Positions 56,978 through 64,000 of a DNA stretch of 64,000 nucleotides are shown here, piece by piece; position 1 is the first letter of the stretch; every line of letters begins with the position of its first letter. A program made the position numbers and the translations under genes. The notes beneath the pieces are model-generated. The model had not been told where the DNA came from. It worked only from the letters and a program-made list of their open reading frames with translations, and did no database searches. Source of the stretch: Eledone cirrhosa (Eukaryota). The DNA lies in the NCBI GenBank assembly GCA_964016885.1, contig OZ024746.1, positions 60,264,001 through 60,328,000 on the forward strand. The letters run 5' to 3'.

Positions 56978-57900
56978 GTATGCTGATCTAACTCTTATAG
57001 CTGAATCTATGGCAGAACTAGAGGAGAAATTCCAAACCTGGAAGCATGGCCTAGAATCAAAGGGGCTTAAAGTCAATTTGGCAATGACTAAGGTTCTAGT
57101 AAGTAGAAAGGAAAACGGGGCCCAGAGCCCCTCAGGGAAATGGCCTTGCCCAGTGTGTAGAAAATATGTTGAAATTCCACAAATTATGGGTACACAAGAA
57201 ATGTAGTGGGATCTCAGGCAGGCTAGTAAAGAATGCAGGCTTTGTATGTGGTTGATGCACAGGTACAATAAGGAGCAAGAGCTCACAGGAAACAAGCCCT
57301 TTAAATGCCCAGAAGACTCCGTAGAAGTAGTCAATCACTTCTGTTATCTAGGGGACAAAATTAGCAGTAGAGGTGGGTGTTCTGAAAGTTTAGTAGTCAG
57401 AATGAGAATGGGATGGTAAAGTTCAGGGACCTACTACCACTGCTAACTACAAAAGGTTTTTGCCTCAAAATGAAAGGCAGATTGTATGAAGGTTGTGTAT
57501 GAACAGCAATGCTGCATGGAAGTAAGACCTGGGTAATATGTGCAGAGGACCTATGAAGATTAGAAAGAAATGAAGCTCACATTCTTCAATGCATGTGTAA
57601 TAGTAGTGTGCATGATCAACAAACTGAAAGAGAAATTAGGCACAAGAGGGGTCAAATGCAGTATACAGGAGAGTAGATTGCAGTCTTTTGGAATTGTGAT
57701 GTGTATGGAGACTGACGGATGTATAAAAAGGTGAGGGCACTTAAAGTTGATGGTAACTATGGGAGAGGAATGCCTAGGAAAACTTGGGATGAAGTGATAG
57801 AAGCTGACTTTGCCCAATTAAACCTAACAAAGGAGATGACACAGGATCAAGACCTCTGGCATCATGCAGTACTGCATAAACACCCCACCCAGCCCCACCA
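56978..57900 (+). mobile_element. Degenerate 5'-truncated RTE LINE
   Basis: YAD.L..IAESMAELEEKF, GKWPCPVCRK, FCYLG, GMPRKTW. Confidence 0.85.
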
Positions 57901-59049
57901 CACACGTGCACAAAATGAAATGAACATCCCACCCCTCTCCCCCAGCCTTAACACCCTAACTTTCTTTCCTCCTCCCCTTCTTTTATTTTGGTGTATGTGT
58001 TTGTGTTGTTGCTGTCATGGCTGTAGGGTGGCACACTATATTTGTGTGTGGGTGGATCACCCTGCCCTTGCATATGCAGTGTCTGTGTGTATCTACATAC
58101 CCATGCAAGTGTGCCTCTGGTGTTTGTCTCAATCGATGGGGTGGTTGTTTGAATTCCAAGTCTGGCTGTGTGGATATGCATGTGTGTGTTCACAGTATGT
58201 GCATTTGTGTTTTGGTATAACTGCGCATGAGCACACAGATATGCAAGTGTGCATGCATTGGCTCTGTAGCTGTTAGATAGTGGGGCTAGAGGGGTAAACT
58301 AGTTGTGGATCCTTAGTTGACAGTGTAATTATGATGTTTGGTGTTGGGGTTAGATGGGAGTTGTGGTGTGGGTAAAGAAAAAAGGCAGAGGACTAAAAGA
58401 GAAAGGAATGTTGTGACAGTGCTATGTAAATGTGTGTGTAATTCAAATACAGTGCATACACCTATGTGTTTGACCTAGTAGTGGTATAGCTGTGTATACG
58501 TTCTGCCTATAGTAACATGCGCAAACACATACCCACAAATGACACACAAAAAAACCCCCCACAAAAAACAAACCTACATATCCATCCACACATACACTTG
58601 CACAGTGAAACACACACACATGCAGACACAAAATTGTCACCCCACGTAGGCCTGCCCACACAAGCACTCAAATAATCATCATTCAAAATGCACTGTCATG
58701 AACTGACATACCTACACGTACAGGATTACATAGAATCACACTCACGAATCACCGCATCCCCATGCTCTGTTTGGGTCATGTTACAGAGATATGTGTGTCC
58801 TGTAAGTTTATTCATGTTGTTTCTGACGGGTGTTGTAAATGCAGTTGGGTGCACTGTAGTAGTTACTCAGTAAGTCTTTGCCAAAGGGCATAGTGTAGAT
58901 TTTGGATTTGGGTTTGAGTGAGCATGGCTAGTTGTGTGTGTTCTGCATCAACAGGTGGGGGGGGGGGGGGGGGGGGTACGTGTCTGTGTGGGTGCGCATA
59001 TAAAATAGTAGTTAATCGTCTTACCCTCAAGGGCCATGCAGAGGTCTGA

Positions 59050-60750
59050 GATTGAGATAAGTCATGTAAATCCTGTGTTGCAGGAAGTGACAAGTTTGCT
59101 CTTTCTGTTAAGCTGTCGTTCCTTGGCAAACAAAATGTGTATTGTTTCCTTGGAGCAGAGGTTACATGGGAGGTTGCCCCCAGTGCATAGTTTGATCTTT
59201 GTTAAGATACTGCATTGCAGTTTGAAGGTTGTATTTTTTTTTGTGTAGGTCCCATATGTATTTGGATAGTGTGGCAGTGTTTCTAGAGGCTGGGTTTCTA
59301 AAGCTGGTGTTGGTAGAATCTTGTTTTAAATTCGCAAGCAATGAGGCCTATGTAGGTTTTGTTAGATTGGTCCTTTATTAGATTGGTCCTTTATTATATT
59401 AAATTTATATACCAAATTCCCTTCTCAGCATTTGGATTGGTGCAGTTGCATTACCTGGTTGTGTTAACATCTTGGCCTGTGTGTTTTCTACTAGAGTTCA
59501 TTTTAGTTATGTTGGAGGAGGCAATGTTTTGTGCGAAGTTAGTTGTGATGCTGAATGAGAGTTTGACTGTTTTTGTTGAAGATTTTCTGACAACAGTGGT
59601 GTGGGAGGAAGTGTTTATTGAGTAGTTTAAAGAAGGTATTTGCAATTGGTGTGGGAACCTCGGCATTATGTGGAGAGTTAAACCAGATAATGTTACAGGT
59701 GTGGCAGCATCTGCTGGTTCCTATGTTGGCAGGGTGGGGTGTATGGGATGTGTGTGGTGGGGGGGGGGGGGGGGGGGGGGGTTTAGATAAGTTCCTTATT
59801 GAATTCACTTTTTTTCAGGGTGGCAATGTACTATGGTGCATGTTCCTGGAAAACCCATTCATTTTCATATAGACGTGAGATTCAAAGGAAGATATTTTTG
59901 ACCAGGTTTTTGGTAATGGCACTCGGGTGGTTCGATTATCTGTGAATGTAGTGAAGAGTTTCGTTAAGTTTCCAAAATGGATAGTATACTTGGTATATAC
60001 TATCACGGTTGAGGGTTACATCCAAGAAGTTGGTATATGTAGGGGACGTTTGTATGGTAATTTTAAACCTGAGTTCTTGGAAGAATCTAATCAGGTGTTT
60101 TCATACTTGATATGTGCTGCTGGGGTTATATCTGGTGAGAGCCCATCAACTCAGTATAAGCTTCCTCAGAGTGAAGGGAACTGTTCTATCAACTTCTGGA
60201 GGACGTACAACTGATCAAGTCGGTTACCTCTGCTGAATCCATTGCTCCCATGCTGATGTCAAAAGGTGTATTGGGAGATCTTTGATCCATGTGGAATTAT
60301 CATAATGGAGTATGGTCTTCTTGGCATGGAGGATAATGTTGATATCCTGGTCACTGACTGGTGTAATGGTCCAGGCATATTCTATAGCAGCCTTGAGAAG
60401 AGGCTGTGTTATGGAGGCATAATAGTTTTTGGTGACGAATCGTATGACTTTAGTGTTGAGTTTGTCGTCTATGCTTTAGAATCAGTGTATAACCTCTTGT
60501 GTGTTGGATCAGAGTCTGAGCCTTTACTTTCGGTATGATCCTCCCCAGGATTCTTTTATTCATCCTTCTGATGTCAAACTTTGTCAGGTTAATGAGCCAG
60601 ATGGTGGGTTTTCTATCGAAGTCTGATTTATGGTCCTTAAGTGTAAAGTACAGTTCTCACTGGTTCAGAGGTTCAGTTTGGTCCTGGATGTTGAGTCCTT
60701 CGTTGTTAATTTCATGGATCATACGTGGATTGGACTTTCTATAAGTGGAT
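59050..60750 (-). mobile_element. Penelope-like element remnant (RT, linker, GIY-YIG)
   Basis: NIIWFNSP, FFKLLNKHF, KIFNK, TVKLSFS, CNC, KTYIGL, TLSKYIW, CNLC motifs. Confidence 0.85.
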
Positions 60751-61535
60751 GCCAGATTGTGTTTAATCAGTGTGTGATAATACACATCCTGGTTGACAAA
60801 GTATCATGTATACACATATATACATACCCACACTGACAGACTTAGAATGCAAACAGCTACCCCATCGATTGAGACAAACACTGGAAGCACGCATGCGCGG
60901 GCATGTACATACACACTCACACCACATACATAGGGGAGGGCATACACCCATACTACATAGCCTCAATACCTCAACAATGCATGCTAAAAATTGTAAACTG
61001 TCCACCCTCCCAGCCATGTCAGCAACAACACAAACATGTGCATCAAAATAAAAGAAGGGGAGAGGGAAAGAAAGAAGGATGAGTAGAGGAGAACAGATAA
61101 TACTCACTACTTTGAATACCCACACCAGAGTCACATGACCTCATTTCCAAACCTTATTCTTCACTGCCCTTCTTTAGCCACATCCACCGCACTGATCAAC
61201 CAACACATACAACTACACACAGACGAACACACACACAGACACATCTAAATATTGACCAGGAGAGGGACTCCCAGGCCGCATGTATACATATACACACATA
61301 ACTAAGAGGGAATAACTATTACACAAATCAAAGAGCTAAGAGCACGACCGCACACATTGCAACAAACTCTTTGTGACTATGCGGGTATTGGCCAAAGACC
61401 TCACCCCAAAATAGTTCACTAAGTAACTTTTCCCTTCCGCCTCCAACTAAACCTTTTTCTCCACAACCCAAACTTCCCGACCTCTGAAGAAACAGCATAT
61501 GGAAATAGTTGAAAATGAACAAATAATTCAGTTAC

Positions 61536-61664
61536 CTACTCGCTGTTGAAAAGGCATGAGTTCAGCCATCGGGCACTAGTTTTACACTATATGTACACTC
61601 TACTTTCCCAAGTATTGCATATTTAGCTGAACAGTCTTTCTCGTCTAAACTAGTAACCTTCAAT
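61536..61664 (-). other. Possible upstream RNF121 exon (UTR, or MAELMPFQQR at 61569-61540)
   Basis: Unique sequence with candidate donors GTAGGT and GTAACT. No homology support. Confidence 0.25.
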
Positions 61665-62299
61665 CTATCTATATATATACACAAATTTATATATATATAT
61701 ATGCACAGACTCACATGCATAATATATGTGGTCATTATTTCTATTTTTGTATAATCACATGAAATAAGAATATGCTCAACCATTAGAAAGCAAATACACA
61801 CACATATAGAAACAGTATATCGTACACACATACATATACTTCTGTCATGACAACAACACTATTCAGTAAATGTCTCTACAGCCATTATATTTAATAATAT
61901 ATTATACAGGTGAACATGTCATGTATGTTTAATGTATTGGTCTTTAATATATACATATATCGTTTATATATATATATTGCTAACAGGAAAAACAAATATA
62001 TATAAACAGTTTAAAAGCTACAGGAAATTGACTCTCCAAACTGCCTGAAACCACCCCTGGTTCTATGCTAAAAAGCTGTTTTAAAGTGTTTAACATCATT
62101 TTTATCTCCATTTTTCCATGCTTGCATGGTTTAGACCAAGGGTGGTTTAAATTTGCATAGGATGCCAAATGAAAATTTCATTTGGGTCCTTGAGTACTAA
62201 CAGTGGTAGCCAAAAAATTTATTTCGCACTCTTTAGATGTCATGGGACTCCTGGCTGCAGCCCAACCCACCCCTGTTTCTTCTCTTTTTTTCCCCCCAT

Positions 62300-63060
62300 T
62301 TATTCTTGAAAGCATTATGGTGGCCGAGTCCTAAAACACCTTCCAGAGGGTCCTATCAGTTGCAACTGTCACCAAATGATCCAGCTGGTTCCTTGAGCAA
62401 GGCCAACTGAACTCATGGATGTTATCCAACCATCTTGGATGTAATCTACCTCTGGGACTCCTGCCAGCTGGCTTTGCCCATGAAGATCTGTCTAGCCATT
62501 CTTTCCTTAGACATTCAAACCACATGCCTGGTATACTGGAGCTGTGATTTCTTGATACAGAGAAATGGTGGCTCTACCTAGAGCGACTCCCTCATCTCCA
62601 AGCTATGCACCCTATCGAGTAACGTTACTCCTATTACCTTTTGGAGGAACCCCATTTTGGCCACTTGTATTTGCAATTATATTCTTTTGTCATTACCCAA
62701 GATTCATGACCATCGATAAGGGTAGGCATGAACAATGAATTGAAGACAGTGAGTTTGGCTATTATATCTACCTCCCTTCTTCTGAAGCTAAAGCTGGCAC
62801 ATTATTGCACCAGCTCCAGCAATTCTTGTATTTAATTCAACCTTTTGTCTTCCATCACTCGAGACACTTGAACTTTCCTACTTGCTTCAGTATAACTCCA
62901 CTCACATGCACAGTGCACTATGCAGGTTTTCTTGAAAGGACAGATGTCTGTTTTTGATTTTATTTCAGATTTCATTTCTGAGGTGCTGCACTTGGCAGCA
63001 AACCTATCTAGTACATGTCGAAGTGCACCTTCTCACATAGTCATCATATAATCTACCCTC
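62300..63060 (-). mobile_element. Old RTE-like LINE remnant
   Basis: WAKPAGRSPRGR..PRWLDNI C-terminal motif. Confidence 0.65.
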
Positions 63061-64000
63061 CACTCAGAGAGAGAATACCTTTGTTGCCCAAGACCTTCCA
63101 TGATAATTTTATATAGGAACATTTGTTATGTTCTAAATAGCAGATAAATAATGAGAAAGATTAGTTATATTACTAAATCCTTCCAAATACTTTATTATTT
63201 TTAGAATTAACCCTTTAGCATTTACATTACTCTATATTTATTGTATTATTTGTATTTTTACAGAAAAGGCTTTATCTCACATAATATCAAATCTAAGAGA
63301 TTTTGATATTTATTTTGAGAGCAATACCTTAATATCAGTATGAGCAGCTGGTTATGACCGGTTTGAACAGAAAGAGGTGAGAGAATTCTGGCTGGATATG
63401 GCCCATTTAAATGCTAAAGGGTTAAGTAAAAATCATAGGGAGTTTCTTTCATTAGAAATATGGTAACAAAAGTGTTAATATATGTCACTTTGCCTGAGGC
63501 ATAGAGTGTTTGACCAGTGTACCCCACCAGCAATGAGTTATGGAGCAGAGCCATGATCAATGGCTAAAGACATGGAACAGAAACTTAGAAAAACAAAGGA
63601 AATATGAAAAGATGTGTGTTAGAAATAACTGAAAATGACATTAAAAAAACCCAACTTGTTAACGGATATGAGAGCAAACTAAAATACGAGACAACATAAA
63701 ACATATTAAGAGAAAATGGAAGTTGGACATGCAGCATGAACAAATGTCAACAGATGGACAAAGCTCTGTAGAGAATGGAGAACAAAGGATATGATATCAT
63801 CATCATTTAACGTCCATATTTACATACTGGCATGGGTTGAAGAGGTCCTCAGTGACCAAGTCAGTGCTTAATCTGACCTCTCAGACTGGCCAGGAACTAC
63901 ACCTTATATTCGTTCCAGTTTTGGCATGATCAGCTGGACAGGTTCTTTTAATTGGGTGTGTGAAATAGAACAGTAAACCACATGGTTACAAATTAAATTT

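Noticed and set aside
58956-59781. Two poly-G runs (G-quadruplex)
   Set aside because: Simple homopolymers in decayed repeat sequence. Their length is unreliable and there is no functional context.

Overview
Eukaryotic, AT-rich, repeat-dense animal DNA. The repeat repertoire (RTE LINEs with (GAT)n tails, tRNA-derived SINEs, very long (TA)n arrays) suggests a mollusc, probably a cephalopod; this is inference only. There are two convergent spliced genes. A BCL7-family gene lies on + (7 coding exons at 21031-29421; its first coding exon was not found and is probably left of the window). RNF121/RNF175 lies on - (7 well-supported coding exons at 50697-42887, plus a probable start exon at 52359-52312), and its last two introns are U12-type. 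The rest is mobile DNA: a nearly intact CR1-clade LINE (1-~4400), several RTE LINE fragments, Penelope, Helitron, mariner and RLE-type remnants, MITEs, SINEs and long palindromes. Highlights are (1) a candidate programmed -1 frameshift joining CR1 ORF1 (Myb-like, polyQ, 2 CCCH fingers) to an AUG-less ORF2; (2) three in-frame tandem copies of the RNF121 C-terminus behind its UAG stop, a candidate readthrough or A-to-I stop-recoding cassette; (3) a type I hammerhead ribozyme; (4) a 267-bp near-perfect palindrome. All long Y/I/M/C/H-rich ORFs in the track are microsatellite artefacts. All calls come from manual reading; no searches were run.
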